A stretch of DNA of 64,000 bases from Patescibacteria group bacterium (GCA_028716665.1 JAQUPP010000001.1:128467-192466); one strand, 5' to 3'. Shown: positions 26,107 through 35,135, numbered from the stretch's first letter. Made by a program: numbers and translations. Notes: generated by a model not told the origin, from the letters alone.

Positions 26107-26346
26107 ATGAAAAATTTTTTTAGATTTTGGGGTCCAGTGATTATTGTGTGCTTAGGTGTAATTTTTCTATTCAAAAGTCTATTTGTTGCTCAAGATGCGT
26201 TTATGAAATCATCTGTGGTGCCTATTTGGACTTTATTTGGAGAACTTGGAGGAGCTATACTCACACTTGGAGGAGTTTTTCGGCTTACGTACATTGTAGA
26301 AACAGATATATTTGAAGAAAAAAACGAAAAAGGAGGTAAAAAATGA
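26107..26346 (+). CDS. Small two-TM membrane protein
   Basis: A GGAAGAG RBS is present, and the stop overlaps the next start (ATGA). Confidence 0.5.
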   Translation: MKNFFRFWGPVIIVCLGVIFLFKSLFVAQDAFMKSSVVPIWTLFGELGGAILTLGGVFRLTYIVETDIFEEKNEKGGKK

Positions 26347-26849
26347 AATATCCTAAATTCAGATGTTCTAAATGCGGAAGTAGTGTATTTGAAGAAGGAT
26401 TTACGATTGAGAGCACAAGTAACTTTATTTGGGATATCAAAGAACTCAAATGTGGCAGGTGTGGTGAAATTTTAGTAGCAAAATGCTCGGTCTGTGATAA
26501 ATGGCATGCACCAATAAAATCAAATTGTCTGACGGCTGATGAAAAAAAGGTTCGGGGATTAGAGAAGGTGAATCAGGAAATTAGAAAAAAAGAACCCCCT
26601 TATTATGGGCTTATCTTCGTAGGATGTTTTTGGGGATTTGCTATCCTGGGAGTAGGATTAGTAATAGAATGTCACCCCGTTATTTTTATAGGTGGTTGTC
26701 TGATATTTCTAACCATATGCATGGCTCTTTGTGCTTCTACGGTTAAGTTTCAAAAATTTATAGAACGGAAAACTCGCCAAAAATTTCCAGAACTTTTTCA
26801 GAAAAAAGAGGAATTAGAGAGAGAAATTAAAAGGACAAAGAAAAGGTAA
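26343..26849 (+). CDS. Zinc-ribbon membrane protein, paralog B
   Basis: The N-terminus CSKCGS...CGRCG...CSVCDK is followed by TM segments and the C-terminal ...RQKFPELFQKKEELEREIKR. It is homologous to 18892-19368. Confidence 0.55.
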   Translation: MKYPKFRCSKCGSSVFEEGFTIESTSNFIWDIKELKCGRCGEILVAKCSVCDKWHAPIKSNCLTADEKKVRGLEKVNQEIRKKEPPYYGLIFVGCFWGFAILGVGLVIECHPVIFIGGCLIFLTICMALCASTVKFQKFIERKTRQKFPELFQKKEELEREIKRTKKR

Positions 26850-26856
26850 CAAAAAA

Positions 26857-26890
26857 AGGGGTCTGAAAAAATTCAGCCCCTTTTTTCTAT
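26857..26890 (+). terminator. Intrinsic terminator (ggggtctgaa...ttcagcccc followed by T6)
   Basis: A GC-rich hairpin is followed by a T-run after the stop. Confidence 0.55.
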
Positions 26891-26910
26891 TTATAGAAAT
26901 TTCGAATTGT

Positions 26911-27177
26911 TTATTTTTTAGAACCAATTTTGGTTTTCATGCCGAGAATTGTTCCGGTTGCGACGCCCGCCGCATAAACCATAATTGCTATTATACTTCT
27001 TTCATTATCAAGCCGAGTTAAAATATTATAAAGCACGAGCATTGATACAACTGTCACGGCAAAAGAAAAAATAGCCGCGGGAACAACTTTTTCTTTATTG
27101 ATATATCGCCAATTAAGAGTTAACAAAAAATCCTGCAAAACGCCAGCTAAGTAATAAATTATAAGATAATAATGCAT
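26911..27177 (-). CDS. Small membrane protein (hypothetical)
   Basis: It is 88 aa long with two to three TM segments. Confidence 0.4.
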   Translation of the reverse strand: MHYYLIIYYLAGVLQDFLLTLNWRYINKEKVVPAAIFSFAVTVVSMLVLYNILTRLDNERSIIAIMVYAAGVATGTILGMKTKIGSKK

Positions 27178-27199
27178 ATTTGTGTGTTTTTATAATCAA

Positions 27200-27271
27200 T
27201 GCCCCCGAGAGGAATCGAACCCCTATCTCATCCTTAGGACGGATTTGCTCTATCCGTTGAGCTACGAGGGC
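27200..27271 (-). tRNA. tRNA-Arg (anticodon CCT)
   Basis: The cloverleaf has T-loop UUCGAUU and anticodon loop GUCCUAA. There is one A:G mismatch in the anticodon stem and an unusual G32. Confidence 0.75.
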
Positions 27272-27282
27272 GGAAAATTAAC

Positions 27283-27415
27283 AAGTATATAAGTTAATAA
27301 GTTGGTAAGCTAACTAAGTAAATAAGCTGATAAGTATGTAAGTGGATAAGCAAATAAATAATTTATTATTTCTTTTTTACTTATCTACTTATTAACTTGC
27401 CAGCTTGGTTAGCTT
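27283..27415. repeat. Long AT-rich imperfect palindrome built of ATAAG/CTTAT words, next to the tRNA-Arg(CCT) 5' flank
   Basis: aagttaataagttggtaagctaactaagtaaataagctgataag ... cttatctacttattaacttgccagcttggttagcttatttgtcagctt. Confidence 0.4.
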
Positions 27416-27431
27416 ATTTGTCAGCTTGAAA

Positions 27432-27638
27432 TTATTGCTTGATCAATTTTCCCATTAGCGATTCGGCCAAATGAGATAAGAAACTTGTTTGACTGTTTAT
27501 AATTGCCAAGACAACTAAAACCAAAATTAAAATTGTGGTTGTCCAAAATACTTTTTTTAATCCTTTGCGAATGTAATCACTGGTATCGGGGGCAGTTTTT
27601 AATTTTGTTTCGTTGGCGATTTTTATTGTTTGAGCCAT
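27432..27638 (-). CDS. Small single-TM protein (hypothetical)
   Basis: It is 68 aa long with a central hydrophobic helix. Confidence 0.35.
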   Translation of the reverse strand: MAQTIKIANETKLKTAPDTSDYIRKGLKKVFWTTTILILVLVVLAIINSQTSFLSHLAESLMGKLIKQ

Positions 27639-27793
27639 ATTTTTATATTTAGTTAAAATCTTATATCCAATACTTTAAATGATAAATAGGTTTTTGTCAA
27701 TTGGGAGGGTATAAAAAGGTTGACTATTAAAATTATTCTATTATAATTTAATATCATGTCTTTAATTTAATTAATAATTAACTAAAAAATATT

Positions 27794-28186
27794 ATGTTTG
27801 AAAAAGACGCAAAAATGAAACCCGAAGACACCGAAACAATTATCGGCGCCGGGGTAAAAGTTGAAGGAACTTTCGTGGCCGCCGGAGACGTAGTGGTCAA
27901 AGGCCAAATCATCGGTTCAGTTGAAACCGAGAGTGATTTGATTTTAAAACAGGGTGGCTTGATTGAAGCCGACATTAAAGCCCAAAATATTTCCGTAGCC
28001 GGAGTGGTTAAGGGAAATTTGGAAGTATTGAATAAAATTGAAATGGCTTCCACGGCCAATGTCGCGGGCGATATTAATTGCCAAATCCTTTCCATGGAAG
28101 AAGGAGCGACTTTAAGCGGCCGCTGCAGCGTTGGCAAGGGCCCATCAACTTCCGGACATAAAAGAGAAAAAGCAGAAGAGATATAA
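27794..28186 (+). CDS. Bactofilin
   Basis: Repetitive beta-helix motifs (G.V.G...V.G.V.G) run throughout its 130 aa. Confidence 0.65.
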   Translation: MFEKDAKMKPEDTETIIGAGVKVEGTFVAAGDVVVKGQIIGSVETESDLILKQGGLIEADIKAQNISVAGVVKGNLEVLNKIEMASTANVAGDINCQILSMEEGATLSGRCSVGKGPSTSGHKREKAEEI

Positions 28187-28206
28187 AGGGCTTTCTTTAA
28201 ATTTTT

Positions 28207-28390
28207 GAGCGCGAAGCACGATAAAAATTTAACTAGAAAACCTTTACCCGCCCAGATTTTTGGACTATTAATTAAGATTAGGGCGATGTATTAGGTCTAT
28301 GTTTTATCTGACCCGAAGATTGTGGCAAGTAAGTGTCCAAAAACTTGGGCGGGTACGCAAAATTATAGTTAAAAATTTTGCGCTTTCAGC
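28207..28390 (+). other. A ~180-nt extended imperfect hairpin. Inner arms acccgcccagatttttggac / gtccaaaaacttgggcgggt are enclosed by outer arms gcgc..aaaaatttaacta / tagttaaaaattttgcgc. It is a candidate structured RNA or attenuator.
   Basis: Two nested inverted-repeat pairs about 75 nt apart were seen by eye. The region is GC-enriched relative to its surroundings. Confidence 0.3.
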
Positions 28391-28413
28391 TTAAATTTTC
28401 AAATAATTTTGGT

Positions 28414-29196
28414 ATGTATTTTTACATTTACGATTCTTTTTTATCTGAGAAAAGGTATGAAAAACAAGTCAATGAAATAGAAATTCGATTGGCTAATTTA
28501 GGTATTACGGGCAAAAAAATCCGCTTTTCCATTTTAAAAAGCATCTCGGATATTATCAAAGAAAGTTTAAGAGATAAAAATCCAACCGTAGTGATTGTGG
28601 GAAGTGATGAAACTTTTATTCAAGCGGCTATTCCCATGGCTAATCAAAATGCGGTTCTGGGTTTTATCCCCACTCAGTCAAACTCAACAATGGCGCATAT
28701 TTTAGGCTTGCCGACCAATGAATTCGCCTGTGATGTGATTTCATCGCGCCGAATTGAAGATGTAAGCTTGGGCATGATTAACGGGCAGTATTTTCTTTCG
28801 TCTTTAGAATTTAATCCGGTTCAGACCCGTTTGATTTGCGATGAACAATATCAAATCAATCCTACCGGAATTAATCTGACAAAAGTTGTTAATTTGGATC
28901 TTTTGCAATTTAAAAAAATGTCTCAGGACCCTGATTTTAAAAAAACAGTTTCCGATCCAAAAGACAATTATTTGGAAGTTTTATTGGGAAATGCGGGCAA
29001 AGACTTTCTTTTTATAAAAGGCAAAGACAAAAAAGACAGTTTATTTTTCGTAAAAAAATTGAGAGTTGAATCCAAAAAAGAGGGCGATGAAGTATTTATT
29101 AAAGTTGATCAGAATAAAATCGTTAAAACTCCGGCCATAATTGAAGTTGCTCCCAAAGTTTTAAAATTAATTGTCGGAAAAGACAGACTCATCTAA
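28414..29196 (+). CDS. Diacylglycerol/lipid kinase catalytic-domain protein (YegS/BmrU-like) with a degenerate GGDGT motif (GSDET)
   Basis: The DAGK_cat pattern FYIYD...VVIVGSDETFIQA...LGFIPTQSNST is present. Confidence 0.55.
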   Translation: MYFYIYDSFLSEKRYEKQVNEIEIRLANLGITGKKIRFSILKSISDIIKESLRDKNPTVVIVGSDETFIQAAIPMANQNAVLGFIPTQSNSTMAHILGLPTNEFACDVISSRRIEDVSLGMINGQYFLSSLEFNPVQTRLICDEQYQINPTGINLTKVVNLDLLQFKKMSQDPDFKKTVSDPKDNYLEVLLGNAGKDFLFIKGKDKKDSLFFVKKLRVESKKEGDEVFIKVDQNKIVKTPAIIEVAPKVLKLIVGKDRLI

Positions 29197-29257
29197 AATT
29201 TTCAATTTTCAATAAAATTAACTCGTTAACTCTTTAATCCGTTAACTCAAAAATAAA

Positions 29258-29896
29258 ATGAACAAACTAGACATTGCAAAACTTATTGATTATACGAATG
29301 TAAGCCCGATTGCCACGAGTTCTGATATTAAAAAACTTTGCCAAGAAGCCAAGAAATACGGCTTCTTTTCCGTTTGCGTGACTTCTTCAAGAGCAAAATT
29401 GGCTAAAAGTTTTTTGAAAAATTCATCAATAAAATTAATCAGCGTGGTTGGATTTCCACATGGCACCACCACCAGCCAAATTAAAGCGGCCGAAGCCAAA
29501 CAGGCGGTTGAAAACGGAGCTGACGAAATTGACATGGTGATGAACATTGGCGCTTTTAAAGAAAAAAATTATCAATATGTTTTAAATGAAATAAAAATGG
29601 TGGTTAAATCGGCAAAACCGAAATCGGTTAAAGTGATTATTGAAACTTGTTATTTGACTAAAAATGAAATTAAGAAAGTTTGTCAAATTGTGAAAAAATC
29701 CGGCGCAGTTTTTGTCAAAACTTCCACCGGTTACGGACCGTCAGGCGCGAAAGAAGAAGATATTAAATTGATGCGAAAAACAGTTGGTCCAGATTTCGGC
29801 GTAAAAGCTTCAGGTGGAATTAGAGATTTGGAAACAATTTTAAAAATGATTAAAGCCGGAGCAAATCGAATCGGCACCAGAACTTTATTGAAGTAG
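29258..29896 (+). CDS. deoC: Deoxyribose-phosphate aldolase
   Basis: The motifs VCV..., FVKTSTGYG and KASGGIRDLET are present (Schiff-base Lys region). The length is 212 aa. Confidence 0.85.
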   Translation: MNKLDIAKLIDYTNVSPIATSSDIKKLCQEAKKYGFFSVCVTSSRAKLAKSFLKNSSIKLISVVGFPHGTTTSQIKAAEAKQAVENGADEIDMVMNIGAFKEKNYQYVLNEIKMVVKSAKPKSVKVIIETCYLTKNEIKKVCQIVKKSGAVFVKTSTGYGPSGAKEEDIKLMRKTVGPDFGVKASGGIRDLETILKMIKAGANRIGTRTLLK

Positions 29897-29899
29897 AAA

Positions 29900-29998
29900 A
29901 TAGTTTACAGTTTTTAGTTAATGGTTATAGTTGGTCGGTTGCTAGTTTAAAACCAAAAACCAGTAAACTAAAACTAAAGACTAATAACCAAAAACCAT
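29900..29998. repeat. AT-rich imperfect palindrome (agtttac.../...gtaaact words) between deoC and comM
   Basis: tagtttacagtttttagttaatggttatagttggt pairs with accagtaaactaaaactaaagactaataaccaaaaacca. Confidence 0.35.
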
Positions 29999-29999
29999 T

Positions 30000-31559
30000 A
30001 TGTTAGCGAAAATTCTTTCGGCAGTTAATGTCGGAATAGAATCAAATTTAGTGGAAGTTGAAGTGGATATTGCAAGCGGATTTCCTTGTTTTGATATTGT
30101 CGGCTTGCCGGATCGGGCCATTGAAGAATCAAAAATGAGAGTTCGCTCGGCCATTATTAATTCCGGCTTGAAATTTTTACCGGATCCGCGCAAAAAACGT
30201 TTAACAATTAATTTGGCGCCGGCTGATGTGAAAAAAGAAGGCTCGGTTTATGATTTGCCCATGGCGGTTGGAATTTTAATCGCTTCAAATCAGATCCCGG
30301 CCGATTTTTTAAAAGAGAAGAGTTTATTTGTCGGCGAATTGGCTTTAAACGGCGAGCTTCGTCATTCTAAAGGGGTTTTACCAATGGCGATTTTAGCCGC
30401 GGAAAAAGGCATCAAAAATATTTTTTTGCCTTCTTCTAATGCTCAAGAGGCGGCTTTGATAGAAAATGAAAATTTTAAAATTTATCCGCTTGATTCTTTG
30501 GATTCTTTAATCAGTCATTTGACCGGACAAAAAATAATCAAACCTTTTATCGGCGAAAATATTAATGTTTTGGAGAAAGAAACAGAATATGAATTTGATA
30601 TGGCTTATGTCAAAGGCCAAGAACAGGCAAAAAGAGCCTTGGAAATCGCGGCAGCCGGCGGACACAATATTTTGATGAGCGGCGCGCCGGGTTCAGGAAA
30701 AACTCTTTTGGCAAAAACTATACCTTCAATTTTGCCGAAAATGTCCAAAGAAGAAATTTTAGATGTAACAAAAATTTACAGCGTGGCCGGACTTTTAACA
30801 GAAGGCGAACTGAAATTTGAAAGACCTTTTCGATCTCCTCATCACACTATTTCTGACGTAGCCATGGTTGGCGGAGGACAAATCCCCAAACCGGGTGAAA
30901 TCAGCTTGGCTCATCGGGGAGTTTTATTTTTAGACGAAGTGCCGGAATTTTCCCGTCATGTTTTGGAAAGTTTGCGCCAGCCGTTGGAAGATGGCATAAT
31001 TTCCATTTCCCGAGCCAGGGGCGCTTTGGTTTTTCCATCAAAATTTATTTTAATTGCCGCTCAAAATCCTTGTCCTTGCGGATATTATCGCGATCCGGAA
31101 AAACCATGCCGCTGCGGTATTGGCGAAATTACAAAATATCGTAAAAAAATATCCGGGCCGTTGTTGGACCGAATTGATTTGCACTTGGAAATTCCCCGTC
31201 TTAAATTTGAAAAATTAACCAATGAAAAAGTTGCTGAAAGTTCAAAAGAAATCAGAAAAAGAGTGGAAAAAGCGAGAGAAATTCAAACAAAAAGATTTAA
31301 AAATGATTCATCCAAGAAAAAAGTTTTAACCAATGCCGAAATGACTTTGCCGCAATTGAAAAAATTCTGTCAAGTTGACGATAAAAGCCACGAATTATTG
31401 AAAAAAGCCATTGATCAATTTGCTTTGTCAACGCGCGCTTATCATCGGATTTTAAAAGTTTCCCGAACCATTGCCGATTTGGCCGGCGACAAAGAAATTA
31501 CTTTTAATCATATTGCCGAAGCCATTCAATATAGGACAAAATTAGAAGAAGTATTATAG
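30000..31559 (+). CDS. comM: Mg-chelatase-like AAA+ ATPase ComM/YifB
   Basis: A Lon-like N-terminal domain is followed by Walker A GAPGSGKT and the YifB C-terminus. The length is 519 aa. Confidence 0.85.
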   Translation: MLAKILSAVNVGIESNLVEVEVDIASGFPCFDIVGLPDRAIEESKMRVRSAIINSGLKFLPDPRKKRLTINLAPADVKKEGSVYDLPMAVGILIASNQIPADFLKEKSLFVGELALNGELRHSKGVLPMAILAAEKGIKNIFLPSSNAQEAALIENENFKIYPLDSLDSLISHLTGQKIIKPFIGENINVLEKETEYEFDMAYVKGQEQAKRALEIAAAGGHNILMSGAPGSGKTLLAKTIPSILPKMSKEEILDVTKIYSVAGLLTEGELKFERPFRSPHHTISDVAMVGGGQIPKPGEISLAHRGVLFLDEVPEFSRHVLESLRQPLEDGIISISRARGALVFPSKFILIAAQNPCPCGYYRDPEKPCRCGIGEITKYRKKISGPLLDRIDLHLEIPRLKFEKLTNEKVAESSKEIRKRVEKAREIQTKRFKNDSSKKKVLTNAEMTLPQLKKFCQVDDKSHELLKKAIDQFALSTRAYHRILKVSRTIADLAGDKEITFNHIAEAIQYRTKLEEVL

Positions 31560-31622
31560 GGCAAGCTAATAAGTTGATAAGCTTACTAAGTAAATAAGTT
31601 AATAAGTAAATAAATAACGAAG

Positions 31623-32690
31623 ATGAAAAAAAATAAAGTTATTCATTTAAAAAGAAGTTATCGCATCGGCCGCGAAATTATCGCCGATATGAAGGGCTGC
31701 GACGCGCGAATCATTAATGATGAGCAGCTTTTAAAAAGATTGGTTCAGGAAGCTATCCACAAAACAGACCATCATTTATTAAGTTTGGTCTCCAAAAAGT
31801 TTTCACCGGTCGGAATAACGATTGTCGGAATTTTAGCCGAAAGCCATATCAGCGTGCATACTTATCCGGAAATCGGCTATGTCGGCATTGATATTTTTAC
31901 TTGCGGCGCGAATAAACCAGAGCCGATCCTTGATTATTTAAAGGAAAAAATCGGCGCCAAAGATGTAAGTTGGACGTTTATTAAAAGAGGAACAATGCGT
32001 CAATGGAAGACAATTTTGCAAAGTGAAGGATTCAGGCGTGAAATTGAGGTGATAAAAACAATTCATAAACGACAAACTCCATATCAAAATTTGGAATTGG
32101 TTAAAACAAAAAAACTCGGTACCTGTCTTTTTTCAAACGGTATTTTGCAATATGCAACAACTGATTCAAATTTTTATGATGATCAAATGTTAAAAAAATT
32201 AAAACTTATCAAGGCGGAATCGGTTTTGATTATCGGCGGCGGAGATTGTTCGGTTCTGAAAAAAATAATTCCGAATAAGCATTTGAAAGACATTTATATG
32301 TTTGAGCAAGATCAGCAAGTGGTGGAAATTGCCAAAAAATATTTGGGAGCAAATAAGGTTTTGAGAGATCCGCGTTTGAAAATGTTTTACGGCGACGCAC
32401 TTGAAACCATTCCCTATTTGAAAGACAAAAAAATTGACTACGCGGTGGTGGATATTATTTCAGAATCAGAAACAAAATTTAAAAAATTCTACAACGAAAT
32501 GATGAAATTGCTGCATGAAATAAAGGTTCCGGCTTGGTCGGCTTGCGCGGGAAATATTTTGGAAACGCAAAAACTGAAATGCATTAAAAATTCAGCCGAA
32601 AAATTTTATGATCATATTATCATGGAAGATAAATGGTTTTTGTCCGGCGGAATGACAAGATTTTTATTCGGTGAAAAACTGAGAAAATAA
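31623..32690 (+). CDS. Fusion of S-adenosylmethionine decarboxylase proenzyme (SpeH-type) and a spermidine-synthase-like domain
   Basis: The N-terminal half has the SpeH pyruvoyl motif LAESHISVHTYPE and FTCG. The C-terminal half has SpeE-like IIGGGDCS, VEI and GDA, but lacks the D-x-x-D-P-x-G-P motif. Confidence 0.7.
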   Translation: MKKNKVIHLKRSYRIGREIIADMKGCDARIINDEQLLKRLVQEAIHKTDHHLLSLVSKKFSPVGITIVGILAESHISVHTYPEIGYVGIDIFTCGANKPEPILDYLKEKIGAKDVSWTFIKRGTMRQWKTILQSEGFRREIEVIKTIHKRQTPYQNLELVKTKKLGTCLFSNGILQYATTDSNFYDDQMLKKLKLIKAESVLIIGGGDCSVLKKIIPNKHLKDIYMFEQDQQVVEIAKKYLGANKVLRDPRLKMFYGDALETIPYLKDKKIDYAVVDIISESETKFKKFYNEMMKLLHEIKVPAWSACAGNILETQKLKCIKNSAEKFYDHIIMEDKWFLSGGMTRFLFGEKLRK

Positions 32691-32691
32691 T

Positions 32692-33582
32692 ATGAAGAAG
32701 AAAAAATATACATTTGAATTTCATCCCACGGGAAAAATTCTTGAGGGCAAAAAAGCGAATTTTAATTATGCTTACGGTTTTGCTTATGACAAACTTATTT
32801 ATAAAGGCAAAACCAAATATCAGAAAATTGAACTTTTTGACACGCCGTGGCTGGGCAAATTATTGAAATTGGACGGTTATTTCCAAACCTCTGAAAAAGA
32901 TGAATTTTTTTATCACGAAGCAATGACGCAACCGGCTTTGTTCTCGCATCCCAATCCGAAAAAAGTTTTGATTATCGGCGGCGGAGATGGCGGAATTTTA
33001 AAGCAAGTTTTGGCGCATCGATCAATTGAGAAAGTAATAATGGTGGAAATAGACAAGGAAGTGATTGATTTTTCCAAAAAATATTTAAAATTTATCCACA
33101 AAAATTCATTTAAAAATCCTAAAGCTGAAATTATTGTCGGAGACGGGAAAAAATTTGTGGAAGAAACAAAAGAAAAATTTGATGTGATTATTTCCGATTT
33201 GACCGATCCGATTGGTCCGTCAAAAGCGCTTTATACAAGAAGTTTTTATCAGAAAATCTCATCAAAACTGGGGAAAAACGGCATTTTTATGACACATTTG
33301 GATTTGGTGACCACTCGGCCGGAATTATCAAAATGGATTTATAAAAATTTAAAATCTGTTTTTAAATTTTCTTCGGTTTTTGCTTCTTATATCCCTCTTT
33401 ATGGATCTTTAATGGCTTTCGGTATTAACAGCAATTATATTGACGCGACAAAAATAAAAAATGAAATTATTCAAAAAAGATTAAAAGAACGCAAGGTGAA
33501 AAATTTGAAATGGTATTATCCGAAAATTCATCAGGCGATTTTTGCCTTGCCGGTTTATCTTAAAAAGCTATTTAAAATTTAA
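32692..33582 (+). CDS. speE: Spermidine synthase / aminopropyltransferase
   Basis: It has the canonical LIIGGGDGG, MVEID, VGDG and ISDLTDPIGP motifs. Confidence 0.8.
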   Translation: MKKKKYTFEFHPTGKILEGKKANFNYAYGFAYDKLIYKGKTKYQKIELFDTPWLGKLLKLDGYFQTSEKDEFFYHEAMTQPALFSHPNPKKVLIIGGGDGGILKQVLAHRSIEKVIMVEIDKEVIDFSKKYLKFIHKNSFKNPKAEIIVGDGKKFVEETKEKFDVIISDLTDPIGPSKALYTRSFYQKISSKLGKNGIFMTHLDLVTTRPELSKWIYKNLKSVFKFSSVFASYIPLYGSLMAFGINSNYIDATKIKNEIIQKRLKERKVKNLKWYYPKIHQAIFALPVYLKKLFKI

Positions 33583-33660
33583 GTTAGTGATATAATTTAG
33601 AAAATTAAAAAAGTCTCTCTAAAAATTTTTAGAGAGACTTTTTTAATATATTAATTTTTT

Positions 33661-34902
33661 TTACTCCGCGTAAATATAACCCAAAATACGCACATCATTA
33701 CGGTTAATTGTTCTCTGGGTGACGCGCCAAGGAGTAGGATGATTCATCTCAGTAAAAGTAATAGTGTCATTGTTAAAAGATTCAACATAAGCAACGTGTC
33801 CCCAACAATAGGAACTTCTTCCACAACAACCGCGGCCGGCCTCACATAAAGAAACAACGGCTCCTTTTTGAGGATCATCTCCAATTTTAAATCCTCGCTG
33901 TCTGGCGTTACCGAGCCAGTCTTTGGCATTACCGCTCCAAGCGACACATTTGCCGAGATCGGTTGCCCATTTATAAGCTACATAAGAAGTACATTGACCG
34001 TTATAAAATTTGTGGCATTTTGTGTTTCTTAACCAAGAATTGTAGTTTGGTGAAGTTGTTACCAATTCTGTTTTTTCAAAACGAGGTTGAACAACTTGAG
34101 GTTTTGGCACTACCGGCGGAGGTGCTGAAGGTTGAGATCCGTAAGGAATAATTAAAATATCATTTGCTAAAATATCAGAAGCATCGGCCAAGCCGTTGAA
34201 ATCAACGATATCATTTATTGACGCTTTATATTTTCTAGCGATTTGATCCAAAGTTTCACCCGATTTGACTTTATGAGTTAAACCGTCGATAGGCAAAATA
34301 GAAAGTGTTTGTCCGGGTCTGATAAGATTTGCCGAACGAAGCGTTAAATTGTTTGCCGCAAGAATGGAAGTGATATTAATGCCGAATTTTTGAGCAATAG
34401 TATAAATAGTATCCCCTGCTTCAATGACATATTTTTCAACCTCTGTTCTGGTGTTTGGCATTGAGTCATTAAATTCTGTCTCAGGAGTAATTAAAGTGCT
34501 GCCGCCCAGGGTTAAAGAAATATCAGAATTTGCCAGCATTCTATTGCCGGCAATATGAAAATCAGCCTCCTTCTTATCGGAAGAGGCTTGATTGTTAAAA
34601 TTATTTTGAGCCTTAACAATAATTTTATCTTGATTGGTAATAGAGGTAATCAAATTTTCATGATTGGAGTTTTCATAAAGATTTTTCATTTCCAAAGATG
34701 AGAAAATAATAAAAAAGGCGATTACCGCCACTAAAGCAAATTCGCCCGTTATTATTTTATCACGGTGTCTAAGGCAAAAATGAGAGATGTAAAGTATTCT
34801 CCCGATAATCGCTTTTCCCAGATTGGCCAAGCCTGATTGAACATTGGACCACAAATTGTTCAGAAAAACCTTAAGATAATTGTTTTCAAGAGGTTTTTTC
34901 AT
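33661..34902 (-). CDS. Membrane-anchored peptidoglycan hydrolase with two LysM domains and a CHAP domain
   Basis: An N-terminal TM segment is followed by two LysM repeats (YVIEAGDTIYTIAQKFG..., HKVKSGETLDQIARKY...) and a C-terminal Cys...His CHAP-like region (GQCTSYVAYKW...GHVAYVE). Confidence 0.7.
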   Translation of the reverse strand: MKKPLENNYLKVFLNNLWSNVQSGLANLGKAIIGRILYISHFCLRHRDKIITGEFALVAVIAFFIIFSSLEMKNLYENSNHENLITSITNQDKIIVKAQNNFNNQASSDKKEADFHIAGNRMLANSDISLTLGGSTLITPETEFNDSMPNTRTEVEKYVIEAGDTIYTIAQKFGINITSILAANNLTLRSANLIRPGQTLSILPIDGLTHKVKSGETLDQIARKYKASINDIVDFNGLADASDILANDILIIPYGSQPSAPPPVVPKPQVVQPRFEKTELVTTSPNYNSWLRNTKCHKFYNGQCTSYVAYKWATDLGKCVAWSGNAKDWLGNARQRGFKIGDDPQKGAVVSLCEAGRGCCGRSSYCWGHVAYVESFNNDTITFTEMNHPTPWRVTQRTINRNDVRILGYIYAE

Positions 34903-35135
34903 AATTTAACCCTTGTTCAGGGTTGTTTTTTATTATCAAGCGAGTGAGAGAAAAGCAATCCGCTAATGCGAGAGTGCTTTTCCGAGCAAGCGCAGATATC
35001 AAAGGTTTAATATCTTTATTATACCACTAATTTTTCGCTTGTCAAGAGGATAAGTTTATGTTAAGATTAAATGATAAAAATATAGAAAAGAGTATGAAAA
35101 GTAAAATATTTTCAAAAAAATTAACCAAAAAGATG

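Noticed and set aside
27778-28137. A 119-aa minus-strand ORF opposite bactofilin
   Set aside because: The bactofilin repeat pattern on the plus strand is unambiguous, so the minus ORF is a shadow.
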